From: Candidatus Bathyarchaeota archaeon
GTDB lineage: Archaea; Thermoproteota; Bathyarchaeia; Bathyarchaeales; Bathycorpusculaceae
Reading direction: 5' to 3'
Length of the DNA: 64,000 bases
Assembly (NCBI GenBank): GCA_963775685.1
Contig: CAVZJV010000014.1
Span: forward strand, 1,920,001 to 1,984,000
This document shows, one piece after another, positions 1 through 10,473 of the stretch. Positions within the stretch are counted from its first letter, which is position 1. Every line of letters begins with the position of its first letter. The notes beneath the pieces were generated by a model. That model worked only from the letters and a program-made list of their open reading frames with translations, searched no databases and was not told where the DNA came from. The position numbers and the translations under genes are program-made.

Positions 1-1208
1 CGTTTCCGTAGTGTAGACACGCAGAATATTCATGAAGCCCTTGAGGGTTTCAAAAATCTTTGAGCTTTCACTTAGCCGCTGGAGCTTTTTTTCTCCCCCC
101 GGGCTTCTTGTGAAGACTGGAATCTCTGTTGATTCCATGAGAACCGCATGGTGGTATGGAACAGATGGCACTGTTGGCACATCGATTATAACGGAGTCTA
201 ATTCTAATGCCGGCCTCCTTGGCGATTTCACTTTGTACCTGTCGTCTATACGCCTCGCGACCAAACAAGTTAGATATCATGGCATCTTTCTCATAGAAGG
301 TCCGTTCGTAAGCGCATTTGAGCATGCGACGATTTTCCAAGTTACTGATGATTTCGTTTGATGCTTTACATTTTCTGAGTGCTGCCCAAACTGTGTAATC
401 GTCCATCGCCATGTATTCTTCAGGGGTTTTGAAAGCTGTTAGACCAAGTTCTTTGTTGGCTTTGTCCATGGCGGTTGCCAGCATAATCTGTGCGGCTCGT
501 CCTACACGGTGGAAATAGATGCTTTTGAAGGATTCAATTCGGGCAATAACAAATGCTTCCAAAGCTGACAATGCCCCTAATTCGACCGCTAGGTTCTCGC
601 CTAAAACGTCAAGTGCATGAATCAAGCGGTAAACGTCTATGAAGCCGTATTCAGCGCCCGTATGGTAGGTGTCTCGCACTATGAAGTCTTGCTTGTCAAC
701 GTCTACGGCGCTGCTTATTATTTGATTGAGAAACGCTCCGATTCTTTTTATGTAGTTTTCCCACAGCCAGCCCTGCAACCTCTTTAGGGTTGAAACCCAT
801 CTTGGATAGTTTGTCGCTGACTTCGCTTTTTTCAATAATCCATGCGGTAATATCTTCGTGGGTTTTCTCGAGATCCTTGATAAGCAATTGCTCGAAGACG
901 TGTGAGAAAGGTCCATGCCCGCAATCGTGGAGTAGCGCTGAAATGCGGCACATATCCACTTCCTCGTCGTTGACGATGCGTGAGATATTGGGGTTTTCCA
1001 AAACATGGCCAGCCAAATACATAACTCCTAGGCTATGTTCGAAGCGAGTGTGGTTGGCTCCAGGATAAACGTATTCGGAACCCGCCAGTTGCCTTAGCCT
1101 TCGTAGCCTCTGCATTGGATAGGTGTCAATTACATTCTTTTCTGCTTCAGTAATGTACACGTAGCCATGTACGGGATCCTTGATTTCTCCCCAGTAAGCT
1201 TTAGGCAC
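1..1208 (-). CDS. HD-superfamily phosphohydrolase (SAMHD1/YdhJ-like), two +1 frameshifts (~737, ~206), runs off the left edge
   Basis: IKDPVHG, RLRRLRQL, HTRFEHSLG and LLHDCGHGPFSH in ORF 696-1208; DVDKQDFIVRD and YFHR in ORF 68-1006; a third frame continues ELDSVIIDVPTVPSVPY...ILRVYTTET to base 1. Confidence 0.85.
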
Positions 1209-1277
1209 AAGAGCATCCTCACAGTTGTAAGCTATATTTATGTACCTTCCATTAATGTGTAACGCTAAGCACCCGAA

Positions 1278-1901
1278 GTGACAAACATGGGCAAAAAAGG
1301 CATCTTTATCGTTATCGAAGGCTTAGATGGAAGCGGAAAAACTACTCAAGCAACCCTGCTTGCAAAAAAGCTCTCCCAAAGTTACAGTGTAATGCTCACT
1401 GCGGAGCCTAGCCAAGGCAAAATTGGCACTTTTATCCGCGGAGGTTGTCTCTACGAAGATAAACGTTTGCCAACTGAGGCTGAAGCGCTTCTTTTTGCCG
1501 CTGATCGGATCGAACACCTGCAAAGAGTGTTAAACCCTGCGTTAGATGAGGGCAAACTTGTCATATGCGACCGTTACATTTACTCATCATTAGCCTATCA
1601 GGGTAGCGCGGGGCTAAGTCTGGATTGGATTAAAACTATTAATGCTAGGGCACTGCAGCCGGATTTCAGTGTTTTCATCGATGTAGCTCCCGAGCATGTT
1701 CTGGAACGTTTGCATCGAAAGAAATCGGTGATGGAGACTTTGGAGACCCAGCAGAAAGTTAGAGATGTTTATCTAAAGTTTGTTGAGAAGGGCGACTTGG
1801 TCAGGGTTGACGGGGATAAGCCCAAAGACGTTTTGGCTAACGAGCTGTATACTGTAGTTTTAGGTTTTCTTAAGGCTTGCAAGGGTTTTATCTCTCAATA
1901 G
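1278..1901 (+). CDS. tmk: Thymidylate kinase
   Basis: IEGLDGSGKTT P-loop, LLFAADR, DRYIYSSLAYQG. Confidence 0.95.
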   Translation: MTNMGKKGIFIVIEGLDGSGKTTQATLLAKKLSQSYSVMLTAEPSQGKIGTFIRGGCLYEDKRLPTEAEALLFAADRIEHLQRVLNPALDEGKLVICDRYIYSSLAYQGSAGLSLDWIKTINARALQPDFSVFIDVAPEHVLERLHRKKSVMETLETQQKVRDVYLKFVEKGDLVRVDGDKPKDVLANELYTVVLGFLKACKGFISQ

Positions 1902-2624
1902 TCCCTTGCGATTTACTTGAAAAATAGCAAGTACTGCATCTCCTTGCCTCTATCTTTTCTGCATTGAATCTGTGTTAAGGATCATGGGGGTGCAGGATTT
2001 TATTACTTTTTCTTATATGCTGAGCCTAAAGTTTGAGGGTTATCAGAAATTTTTTGTGCGTTAAGAGAACAACAACACTTGAATTTGCAGAAATGGCCGG
2101 GCTTGTTTTGGGTTGTTTTTTCATAATAGGCTCTGCAAAGGGTGCAGGTTGCGTCTGGAAAAGTCATATAACGTCACAGAACGTCATAAAAAGTCAATGG
2201 AGTGCATAGGGTAGAACAACAATTGACGTGAACTGAGAAGTGATTTAAGGCTCGGTTATAGAGAAGGGAAATTGACTGCAAGTGCCTGCGTATGTTCGGT
2301 AACGTTTCAAGCGGGAGACAGATCAAATTATAGAAATCACCAAAAACGACCTATGGAGATCTGAGGTCTGCCCGACTTTTTTTTATCAAGAATAGGCAAA
2401 ATTCAAAGAATAAGTAAATGGTGTTTCGTAACCTGGGGTTTGGTGTTTTTTGGACTCTTTTGGAAATAACTATGCTGTTGTTGAAGAGACTGACTGTTTC
2501 AAAGGCTTTAGAATCCAAAAGATGTTGGTTCTGTCCGACTTATGCAAGCCTTCTGAGGCTCCTGATAGACCTAAAAGGATCTATATGCCCAAAAAAATAT
2601 GGGCAGGTTGTTTGTTTTTTGTGG

Positions 2625-3737
2625 TTAGTCTTCTCTCCATTTGAACAGCTTTACTGCCAAGACGAAGATAACCAATGTTAAAATTCCGAGAACTGCAATG
2701 TCAATAATTGTACCGCTAATGTTTGCGTATACCATGGCGTTGTTTAAGCCTTCTGTAACATAGAATAGTGGCAGGACATGAGCGAATGTCTGCAGGTATT
2801 GTGGCATGCTGCTGATGGGGAAGAACGTCCCTGCGAGGAACATCATTGGGAACGTTACGATGTTGCCTATGACGCCTGCGGTTTCTGGGTTTTTTGTTAC
2901 TGTACCAACCAGCATACCAAGAGCTGCAAAAAGCATTGGTCCTAAGACGAGAAAAGGAATTAACCAAGGCGTTATTGCAACATGTGCACCGAAAGCAAAG
3001 ACTCCAACTCCAACCATCAGTAAAAAGCCAGCGATCGTCAAGACAATGTACCATATCATTTTAGATGCTAGCCACTCCATCTTTGTGAGCGGTGTAAGAG
3101 AGAGTTGCTTGAAGAGCTTTGTTTTCTTGTATTCTGATGAAATGTTAACTAACGAGAACATTGGGCTGGTGAGTATTGAGAAGCCGATTAAACCTGGAAT
3201 TAGGAAGTCAATGTACTGTGTTTGCTGAGTGTTCACTCTTGCAGATGTTAAGCCTATTACCGTTGTGCCGTTGAAGCGTTGAAGGTTGAAATAATTAGCG
3301 TATCCATTAACTGTTCCGCTTACGATGCCGCTTGTGCTTGAGGTTGGATTGCCATAAACTGTTACATTTACTGGCTGGCTCATGGCATAGTCTAAGGTGA
3401 AGTTTTGAGGAATTAGTATGCCATCAGAGACCGAATGATCTGCTAGGTACTTTGAAAAGTTCTCTGAAGGATTTACCGTTATTACTGTGATTGTACCGGA
3501 TTCGTTAAGTGCTTCAAGGAAGCCTGTGCCGAGATCTTGCCCTGTAGGAAATGGTCCGGTATCTTGGTTTTGAGCATAGACGTTTACCTTTCCCGTGCTC
3601 CCCCCTGCAAAAATTGCCCCAAAAATCAAAATCAAGATAACAGGAAAAACTAATCCGAAGAATAACCCAAACTTGTTTCTAAGGTATCCGCGGCTGAATA
3701 CTTTGAAATCTGAGTAAATACGTTTTCCACTGACCAT
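2625..3737 (-). CDS. ABC-2 type exporter permease
   Basis: N-terminal TM, extracellular loop, DFLIPGLIG, PMMFLAGTFFP; adjacent to ABC ATPase. Confidence 0.9.
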   Translation of the reverse strand: MVSGKRIYSDFKVFSRGYLRNKFGLFFGLVFPVILILIFGAIFAGGSTGKVNVYAQNQDTGPFPTGQDLGTGFLEALNESGTITVITVNPSENFSKYLADHSVSDGILIPQNFTLDYAMSQPVNVTVYGNPTSSTSGIVSGTVNGYANYFNLQRFNGTTVIGLTSARVNTQQTQYIDFLIPGLIGFSILTSPMFSLVNISSEYKKTKLFKQLSLTPLTKMEWLASKMIWYIVLTIAGFLLMVGVGVFAFGAHVAITPWLIPFLVLGPMLFAALGMLVGTVTKNPETAGVIGNIVTFPMMFLAGTFFPISSMPQYLQTFAHVLPLFYVTEGLNNAMVYANISGTIIDIAVLGILTLVIFVLAVKLFKWRED

Positions 3738-3740
3738 TTT

Positions 3741-4697
3741 TTAGCGCCTCTTCTTTTTGAAGGTTTTTTGTTCCGATGCTTCTCCTTGCTCGCTGGCGGG
3801 TTCATTGACGAGTTTAACAAACACGTCATCTAGACTGTCTTGACGAGTTTGTATATTGCCCCACTCTAGACCTGATTGCTCAGCGGCTGCTAATGCTGCC
3901 AGTGCATCAATCTTCTTTCTCAATGTTATGAAGATTTCTTTCTTGGCTTTGTTGTACTCAACCTGCAAGTCAGTGTTTGCCTTAATGTAGTCAGCGAGCT
4001 TTTCATCTCCATGAATCTCAAGTCTCTCACCTGAACCATGCTGCTCTATGATTTCTTCCGTAGTTCCCATTGCTACAATGTGTCCATGGTCCATGATGGC
4101 TACTCGGTCGGCTAGTTGCTGAGCCTCGTCTAGGTAATGAGTGGTTAAGATGATGGTTTTTCCTTTAGCTTTTAATCCTCGGATGACTTCCCAAATGGCT
4201 CTTCTAGCGTTTGGGTCTAAGCCTGTGGTGGGTTCATCTAGAAAGAGCAGTTCTGGCGAGTTAACTAGTGAAAGAGCAAGACCTGTCTTCTGTTTTTGCC
4301 CGCCTGAAAGGCTGTCAAAATTTACTTTGGCGGATTCACTTAGTAGAACTTCCTTTAGAATCTCGTCTGGGTCGACTTTTACGTCGAAGAGGTCTGCATA
4401 GTATATGATGGCTTCTCTTGGGGTTGTTTTTTCAAAGAAGGTAAATTCCTGTGGTATAACCCCTATTTTTTTGTGAAGTTCATAGCCGTTTTTCCAAGGG
4501 TCAAAACCAAGAACTTTCAGGTCTCCTCCATCTCTTTCACGCAAGCCTTCCATGATTTCGATTGTGGTGGTTTTTCCTGCGCCGTTGGGACCCAAAAGAC
4601 CAAAGACTTCTCCTTCTTTGACGGAAAAAGAGATGCCGTCAACTGCTTTTAGGGTTCCGTAGTTCTTTTTTAGGGATGAAACTTCAATTGGTAACAT
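3741..4697 (-). CDS. ABC transporter ATP-binding protein (DrrA/NodI-like)
   Basis: GPNGAGKTT, LSGGQ, LFLDEPTTGLD, TTHY. Confidence 0.95.
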   Translation of the reverse strand: MLPIEVSSLKKNYGTLKAVDGISFSVKEGEVFGLLGPNGAGKTTTIEIMEGLRERDGGDLKVLGFDPWKNGYELHKKIGVIPQEFTFFEKTTPREAIIYYADLFDVKVDPDEILKEVLLSESAKVNFDSLSGGQKQKTGLALSLVNSPELLFLDEPTTGLDPNARRAIWEVIRGLKAKGKTIILTTHYLDEAQQLADRVAIMDHGHIVAMGTTEEIIEQHGSGERLEIHGDEKLADYIKANTDLQVEYNKAKKEIFITLRKKIDALAALAAAEQSGLEWGNIQTRQDSLDDVFVKLVNEPASEQGEASEQKTFKKKRR

Positions 4698-4820
4698 TTT
4701 GTAAAATCCTCTGTGTTTCCTGCAGGCTGTAAATTGTTATCTTTTTAACGTGTAAGCACGTGAAAATATAACTTTCGGCTAAAGTTAATATATAAAATTC
4801 CTTTTTGAGTCGCTTAGAGA

Positions 4821-5336
4821 TTAACTGTTTGCTTTCTTGAGTATCTTCCTGCTCTTAACTGATGCCTCGTTCACTTTACTATAAATAAACATGGTTAATT
4901 CTTCAGGTGAAATATATCTTGGTCCACGTTCGTGGAACACTTGAACCTCAAGCTCGTCCTTGCGAAAGATGGTTCGAATCATGTAATAATCAAACTTTAA
5001 GGGTGCCTTCTTTTCGCCGTTGCCTTTGTAATAACGGATGGAGCAGAAAAAATCCATCAAATGCAAACGCTCCTTAGACAAAAAATTGAGTGCTTTTTCA
5101 AGTTCTTCGTTATCAATGAAATTGAAATCTCCTGATTCTGCCAATCCAAACTCAAAAATCACCTTGCCCTCCGGAACTGTTGGGTTGGTGACTTCTTCAA
5201 AAGTAAATTCTCTACAATTTACCTTATGAAAAACTTGGATTAGCTTTTGTTGTAACTGCTTGTTTGAAAGCGCGGAGATGAAGCTGTCGATTCTGTGGAT
5301 GCTTGCAGGGAAGTTTTCGTAAAAACCCAAAGTCAA
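4821..5336 (-). CDS. Hypothetical protein
   Basis: 171-aa ORF co-oriented 8 bp downstream of the UPF0148-like gene, with normal protein composition. Confidence 0.7.
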   Translation of the reverse strand: MTLGFYENFPASIHRIDSFISALSNKQLQQKLIQVFHKVNCREFTFEEVTNPTVPEGKVIFEFGLAESGDFNFIDNEELEKALNFLSKERLHLMDFFCSIRYYKGNGEKKAPLKFDYYMIRTIFRKDELEVQVFHERGPRYISPEELTMFIYSKVNEASVKSRKILKKANS

Positions 5337-5344
5337 ACTGTGGG

Positions 5345-5722
5345 TCAGCCTTTCATATTTCTGATCTTTTCAACGCCGTCTAGTAGCTCATTAAGAGCAA
5401 TGGTAAGTTTTTGCAGCTCATCAACATCTTGGGTTTTCTCAATCTTCCCTTGGATTTCCTCTATCTTTTTCATCAGGGTTGCCTCAAGCTTATCATAGGC
5501 TGTTGTTGATGCGACAGCCTGTTTTGGTGCATCTTCGCCTTCCTTAACAACTATCACTTTTTTCTCATCCTTTTCACACCAAAGTGTGCCATCTTTTAGC
5601 CTAAATAGTGGAGATGAGCAGTTTGGGCATGAGAGATCAGTTAAGGCTGCACCCTGCAGCAGCAGGTTTGCGCCTCGTTTAACAAGTGTGTTATCTGGTC
5701 TTGGTTGCATATAGAACCCCAA
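5345..5722 (-). CDS. UPF0148 / autoantigen p27-like Zn-ribbon protein
   Basis: ANLLLQGAALTDLSCPNCSSPLF...LWC followed by a coiled coil; divergent from UPF0147. Confidence 0.8.
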   Translation of the reverse strand: MGFYMQPRPDNTLVKRGANLLLQGAALTDLSCPNCSSPLFRLKDGTLWCEKDEKKVIVVKEGEDAPKQAVASTTAYDKLEATLMKKIEEIQGKIEKTQDVDELQKLTIALNELLDGVEKIRNMKG

Positions 5723-5788
5723 AGTAAATACGTCTCAATGCTTATATAACTTGGTCACTGCGATGTTGCATTAAAAGGGGAACTATTT

Positions 5789-6067
5789 ATGGTGCGCAAG
5801 AAAAAAACTGAAGAATACGAAGCAAAGATTCAGCAAGCGTTAGTAGTGCTCGGCGAAGTCTCAGAAGATAGCACAACACCAAGAAATATCCGTCGTTCCG
5901 CAAAGGATGCCATGAGCGCATTGCAAAGCGCCGAATATACCCCTGCGGTGAGAGCTTCAAACGCCGTGTCGTTGCTAGATGAGATTCTGCAAGACCCCAA
6001 CATGCCACCCTACACAAGAGTAAAACTTTGGAACGTTATGAGCTTCATCGAAGCCATAAAAGATTAG
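5789..6067 (+). CDS. UPF0147 family protein
   Basis: DSTTPRNIRR and DPNMPPYTRVKLW signatures. Confidence 0.9.
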   Translation: MVRKKKTEEYEAKIQQALVVLGEVSEDSTTPRNIRRSAKDAMSALQSAEYTPAVRASNAVSLLDEILQDPNMPPYTRVKLWNVMSFIEAIKD

Positions 6068-6106
6068 TTTAATCCAAGTTTTTGATTTACGGATTTTTCA
6101 AAAATT

Positions 6107-6568
6107 TTATTTTACTTGCCTCGTTACCTCCTTGTAAGAGTGTGCGCAGTGCATGCAGCAGAACGCTGTTTCTTTGCCGTCGATGACTTCTCGGTAGCCT
6201 CCCTCATAGACTTTGCAGCCGCAGTGCGCACAGACGTAAATGCTTGGTTCAATTGCTATAGCCACTAAGGTGGCGAATCGTTTGAAGAGTCCAGTACAAA
6301 GTTTTCTTCCTTCCTCTGTGAGTTCAAAGATCTTTCTTTCTTTTTCGCCAACTGGTTTTTGGGTGTGTGTGACTAATCCTTTTTCTTCGAGTTGTTGAAG
6401 GAAGGGGTAGACTAGGCTTGGGCTGACTTCTTTTTTGACGCGTTTTTTGAATTGGTTGATTATGCTGTAGCCGTGGGCTGGTCCTTCGTAGAGTATCGTG
6501 AGTATGTAGAAGCGTGAGAAGTCGCTGATTAAGTCGTCTATGTTTGCTGGTTGAGGCTGGTCTGCCAT
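6107..6568 (-). CDS. PadR-family regulator with C-terminal Cys-rich (TRASH-like) metal-binding domain
   Basis: HGYSII, SLVYPFLQQLEEKGLV, RKIFELTEEG; CAHCGC...FCCMHC. Confidence 0.88.
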   Translation of the reverse strand: MADQPQPANIDDLISDFSRFYILTILYEGPAHGYSIINQFKKRVKKEVSPSLVYPFLQQLEEKGLVTHTQKPVGEKERKIFELTEEGRKLCTGLFKRFATLVAIAIEPSIYVCAHCGCKVYEGGYREVIDGKETAFCCMHCAHSYKEVTRQVK

Positions 6569-6611
6569 GGTGTTCTTGGTTTATTGGGTCACTTTGTTGT
6601 TATAAATGTTC

Positions 6612-6627
6612 TTTAGATATATCTAAA
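6612..6627. promoter_or_regulatory. Perfect 16-bp palindrome TTTAGATATATCTAAA beside the padR TATA box
   Basis: Seen directly; minus-strand TTTATAA at ~6600-6606. Confidence 0.5.
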
Positions 6628-6705
6628 AAATACTTATACAATATTTAGAATTCGACTCAACGACACAGCTTCCAAGTTTAACTGCACTATAAATATATGC
6701 CACCT

Positions 6706-6717
6706 GTTACATGTAAC
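6706..6717. promoter_or_regulatory. 12-bp palindrome GTTACATGTAAC between the TATA box (TATAAATA, 6688-6695) and the oxidoreductase start
   Basis: Seen directly; lies over the expected transcription start. Confidence 0.45.
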
Positions 6718-6743
6718 TCTGGGTTCCAAGGGGGTAAAGTTCC

Positions 6744-8126
6744 TTGAAATATGACGTAATAGTCGTGGGCGCAGGTCCAGCAGGCATTTTCTCAGCGTTA
6801 GAGCTAACCGAAAAGACAAACCTCAACGTCATCGTCATTGACAGAGGTGCAGATATAGACAAACGCAAATGCCCCTCTAAACGAGGCTTTGAATGTGTCC
6901 ACTGTGAACCATGCTCCGTGCTTAGTGGTTGGGGCGGCGCAGGTGCCTATAGTGACGGCAAACTCACCCTATCAACCGAAGTTGGCGGCTGGCTCAACCA
7001 ATATGTTTCAACCAAAGAACTTGCTGAACTCGTAAAATACTGCGACAGCATCTACCTCAAATTCGGCGCCAGTGAACAAGTCTACGGCGGCGAAAACAAA
7101 GAAATTGACGAAATAGAACGTCAAGCTTCCCTTGCAGGTCTTAAACTTATCAAACAAGAAGTCCGCCACATGGGCACCGACAAATGCCTGGAAACGCTTC
7201 AGCGCATGCGCAAAACCCTCAACAACAAAATCACTTTTCTACCTAAAACAGAAGTTAAGGGGCTCATCGCCGAAAACCACACAATCAAAGGTGTCGAAAC
7301 CGTCGACGGCGAGAAAATCATGGGAAAATATGTCATCATCGCCCCCGGCAGAGGTGGCGCAGAGTGGCTTCAAACTGAAGCGCAAATCCGCGGTTTAAAG
7401 ACCGTAAATAACCCTGTTGACATCGGTGTGCGCGTGGAGCTTTTAGCTTCAATCATGGAGAAGCTAACCAAAGTTCTCTATGAACCTAAACTTCTCTATT
7501 TCTCACGCTCATTTGATGACCAAGTGCGCACTTTCTGTGTGTCCCCGTATGGAGAAGTCACTACCGAATCCTACGACGGTGTCCTAACCGTCAATGGCGG
7601 GAGCCAAGCAGAAACCAAAACAGCCAACACAAACTTCGCCATACTCGTCAGTACTTCATTTACTGAGCCGTTTAAAGAGCCAATTGCATACGGCAAATAC
7701 ATCGCTAGACTCTCAAACCTGCTCAGCGGAGGCGTCATGGTGCAGCGGTTAGGCGACCTTAACCATGGCAGACGCAGCACCCCTGAGCGGCTCGTGCACA
7801 GCGTCCTCACACCCACCCTCAAAAACGCCACCCCGGGAGATCTAAGCTTTGTCCTACCCTATCGTTACCTCACTGACATACGTGAAATGCTTGAAGCCCT
7901 CGACAAAATCGCTCCAGGCGTCGCTTCCCCCGAAACCTTACTTTATGGCGTTGAAGTCAAATTTTATTCCTCACACCTTCAACTCAACAATGCATTAGAA
8001 AGCAAAATCCAGAACATGTTCACCATAGGCGACGGCGCAGGCGTCACACGCGGGCTCATCCAAGCGTCAGCTTCAGGCGTAATCGTTGCCAGAGAAATCC
8101 TCAAACGAGAAAAACTGAAGGATTAG
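6744..8126 (+). CDS. FAD/NAD(P)-dependent oxidoreductase (COG2509-like) with N-terminal Cys cluster
   Basis: VIVVGAGPAG, GGAGAYSDGKL, VRTFC, GDGAGVTRG; CPSKRGFECVHCEPC. Confidence 0.85.
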   Translation: MKYDVIVVGAGPAGIFSALELTEKTNLNVIVIDRGADIDKRKCPSKRGFECVHCEPCSVLSGWGGAGAYSDGKLTLSTEVGGWLNQYVSTKELAELVKYCDSIYLKFGASEQVYGGENKEIDEIERQASLAGLKLIKQEVRHMGTDKCLETLQRMRKTLNNKITFLPKTEVKGLIAENHTIKGVETVDGEKIMGKYVIIAPGRGGAEWLQTEAQIRGLKTVNNPVDIGVRVELLASIMEKLTKVLYEPKLLYFSRSFDDQVRTFCVSPYGEVTTESYDGVLTVNGGSQAETKTANTNFAILVSTSFTEPFKEPIAYGKYIARLSNLLSGGVMVQRLGDLNHGRRSTPERLVHSVLTPTLKNATPGDLSFVLPYRYLTDIREMLEALDKIAPGVASPETLLYGVEVKFYSSHLQLNNALESKIQNMFTIGDGAGVTRGLIQASASGVIVAREILKREKLKD

Positions 8127-8131
8127 ACAGC

Positions 8132-8875
8132 ATGGCGATAGCTCAAAACATTAAGTGCTCGCACTGCGGCGCCCCAGTAGATTTTAAGCCAGGTGAGTTA
8201 GTCACCACCTGCAAGTACTGCGGATTTACCACCGTAATCGAAACGGGTCAAGCGTTCACTTTTGATCATTCCCTGCTGCTAAATAGCTACTCGGAAGAGC
8301 AGGTGGAAAATCTGGTGCGGGATTGGATGCGTTCGGGTTTTATGAAGCCACGCGATTTAGCTAAGAAAGCAAAAATCACCGAGAAAAACCTGGTTTACCT
8401 GCCATTTTGGATTGTTTCTGCCGATGCTGCGACCAAGTACAAAGGAATATTTGAACGAATATCTCCAGCGATTGTTAAGGAAGGGCAAATCCAAAAAGAA
8501 TACAACTGGCTAGTGTTAGCCCAAGAAGCTTCTAGTTTTCCGACAAGAGAATACAATGTGCCTCTAAGTGGCAAAATACCCTATGATTTTAGAAAAATTG
8601 AGGGATTTGCTAAACTACTCAACAGTGAAATGACTCGTGAGGAAGCTCTGGAGATTGCCAAGCAGCAAATTGAAGCTCTTCACCGCTTTTTGCTACAGCA
8701 GGATATAGATAGAATTGTTGAAGCGACAACCACGGTTAACCTGAAACAGATGGTTTATTTGCATGCGCCAATCTGGTTCATCAAATACGAGTATAAAAAC
8801 AACAGCTTCCAAATGATAGTTGACGGAGCAACAGGTATGGTTTTAAAGGGTGATATACCCTCTTCCAAGTTCTAA
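8132..8875 (+). CDS. Zn-ribbon protein (YdjG-like)
   Basis: CSHCGAP...CKYCG, VYLPFW, HAPIW, VDGATG. Confidence 0.75.
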   Translation: MAIAQNIKCSHCGAPVDFKPGELVTTCKYCGFTTVIETGQAFTFDHSLLLNSYSEEQVENLVRDWMRSGFMKPRDLAKKAKITEKNLVYLPFWIVSADAATKYKGIFERISPAIVKEGQIQKEYNWLVLAQEASSFPTREYNVPLSGKIPYDFRKIEGFAKLLNSEMTREEALEIAKQQIEALHRFLLQQDIDRIVEATTTVNLKQMVYLHAPIWFIKYEYKNNSFQMIVDGATGMVLKGDIPSSKF

Positions 8876-8944
8876 TTTGCTTTAATAAACTTTAAAAGCA
8901 AGCTTTTTTCTATAACGGAATGCAAATATTGGAGGATTTAGGAA

Positions 8945-9484
8945 ATGAGCGAAAATAAAGATGTGTATGCCCAAGCAAAAAGCCAAATGCGGCTTTCAGA
9001 ACGCATAGCTGTGTCGCTTCCAGGGTTCCGCGGATACAAAGAGAAGGAACTTCGCCGTGAATCAGACAAACTGATTAGAAATAATTTAACCCTCAAACTC
9101 TCCAAAGATAAGGATAACGTGCGAAGCATCGCACAGAGAATTGCTGATAAACGTTACCTTGATGTTCTTCCAGACATCGATAGACTAAACGCTAAAATGG
9201 ATCGCATAACCGAAAAAGTGAATCATGCCTCATACGGCTACGCTGGATTCTATGACATAGTGAAAATCAAGGAAGAAAACCTTGACCGGATGATAACTTT
9301 CGACAATCAACTCCTTGACGAAGTTGACGCTTTAACATCCAGTATCGACGACTTAAAGGCGCAACTATTGAGCGGAAACTACTCAAACCTGAAAGACAAA
9401 ATCCAAACCATAGCAGACAAGTTTGAATTGCTTGAGGACACCTTTGATAAACGTGAACAAGTAATCTTAGGAGTGACCCAATAA
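8945..9484 (+). CDS. Helical/coiled-coil hypothetical protein
   Basis: LPGFRGYKEKELRRESDKLIR motif; stop overlaps the SPFH gene start. Confidence 0.75.
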   Translation: MSENKDVYAQAKSQMRLSERIAVSLPGFRGYKEKELRRESDKLIRNNLTLKLSKDKDNVRSIAQRIADKRYLDVLPDIDRLNAKMDRITEKVNHASYGYAGFYDIVKIKEENLDRMITFDNQLLDEVDALTSSIDDLKAQLLSGNYSNLKDKIQTIADKFELLEDTFDKREQVILGVTQ

Positions 9485-10461
9485 TGCCCCAGATAATAGA
9501 ATGGACAAATGCAGGACCAGACGCAATAGTTTGGCGTTATCCAAGTGAAGACATCACTTGGGGAGCGCAGTTAATCGTTCATGAATACGAGATGGCAGTG
9601 TTCTTCCGAGACGGCAAAGCATACGACGTGTTCGGCGCTGGCAGACACACTCTAACAACCCTGAATCTTCCCATACTAACAAACCTGTTGACTCGCCTTG
9701 CTGGCTTTGGCAGCAACAAACCCTTCAAAGCAGCGGTCCTGTTCATAAGTACCAAAGTGTTCGCTGGCAAATGGGGCACGAAAGCACAGACCACCGAGCT
9801 TGCACCCCTACAAACCTATGGGCAGTTCTGGTTTAAAGTCGGCGACGCATCACTCTTCGTTAACGAGGTTGTTGGTGGGCAAAACGCTTACGACACAGCT
9901 TCAGTCAACGATTTCTTGCGTGGCTTCCTAAACGAGAAGATAATCGATGAACTCAGCCACTACGACCTCATCACCGTCTTCACACGCCTAGACGAAACCT
10001 CTGTAATCGTCAAAAATAGCCTAATCGACTACTTCAAACGCGTGGGCATCGAACTAACCGACCTACGCTTCGAAGGCATAGATACGACACCCGAATACCG
10101 CGAACGACTCTTCTGGCTCAAAACAGGGCAAACCGCCCCTGGAGACGTACTACGCATGGAAACCGTCAAGAGCGCAGCCGCAAGCCTCGGTCAAGGAGGG
10201 GGCTCAGGAGCTCTCGGAGCAGGCATGGTACTTATTCCACAAATCATGACACCCACCGGAGCCCCACAAGCAGCACCTGCAGCAGCACTCGTTATTTGCC
10301 CCAAATGCGGAGAAAAAGTTCCAGCCACAAGCAAATTCTGCCCCAACTGCGGAACAAACCTAACACCGCCCTCAGCAGGCGCAATGACCTGTCCCAATTG
10401 CAGCAAATCCATCCCAGCAAACAGCAAGTTCTGTCCAGAATGCGGATTCAAAATCAGTTAG
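9484..10461 (+). CDS. SPFH/Band 7 domain protein with C-terminal double zinc ribbons (YdjI-like)
   Basis: GAQLIVHEYEMAVFFRDG, KWGT; CPKCG..KFCPNCG and CPNC..KFCPECG. Confidence 0.88.
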   Translation: MPQIIEWTNAGPDAIVWRYPSEDITWGAQLIVHEYEMAVFFRDGKAYDVFGAGRHTLTTLNLPILTNLLTRLAGFGSNKPFKAAVLFISTKVFAGKWGTKAQTTELAPLQTYGQFWFKVGDASLFVNEVVGGQNAYDTASVNDFLRGFLNEKIIDELSHYDLITVFTRLDETSVIVKNSLIDYFKRVGIELTDLRFEGIDTTPEYRERLFWLKTGQTAPGDVLRMETVKSAAASLGQGGGSGALGAGMVLIPQIMTPTGAPQAAPAAALVICPKCGEKVPATSKFCPNCGTNLTPPSAGAMTCPNCSKSIPANSKFCPECGFKIS

Positions 10462-10473
10462 GAGAACCAATAA

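Noticed and set aside
2418-2681. Short plus-strand ORFs (87 and 64 aa)
   Set aside because: No recognisable motifs; they overlap the permease 3' end
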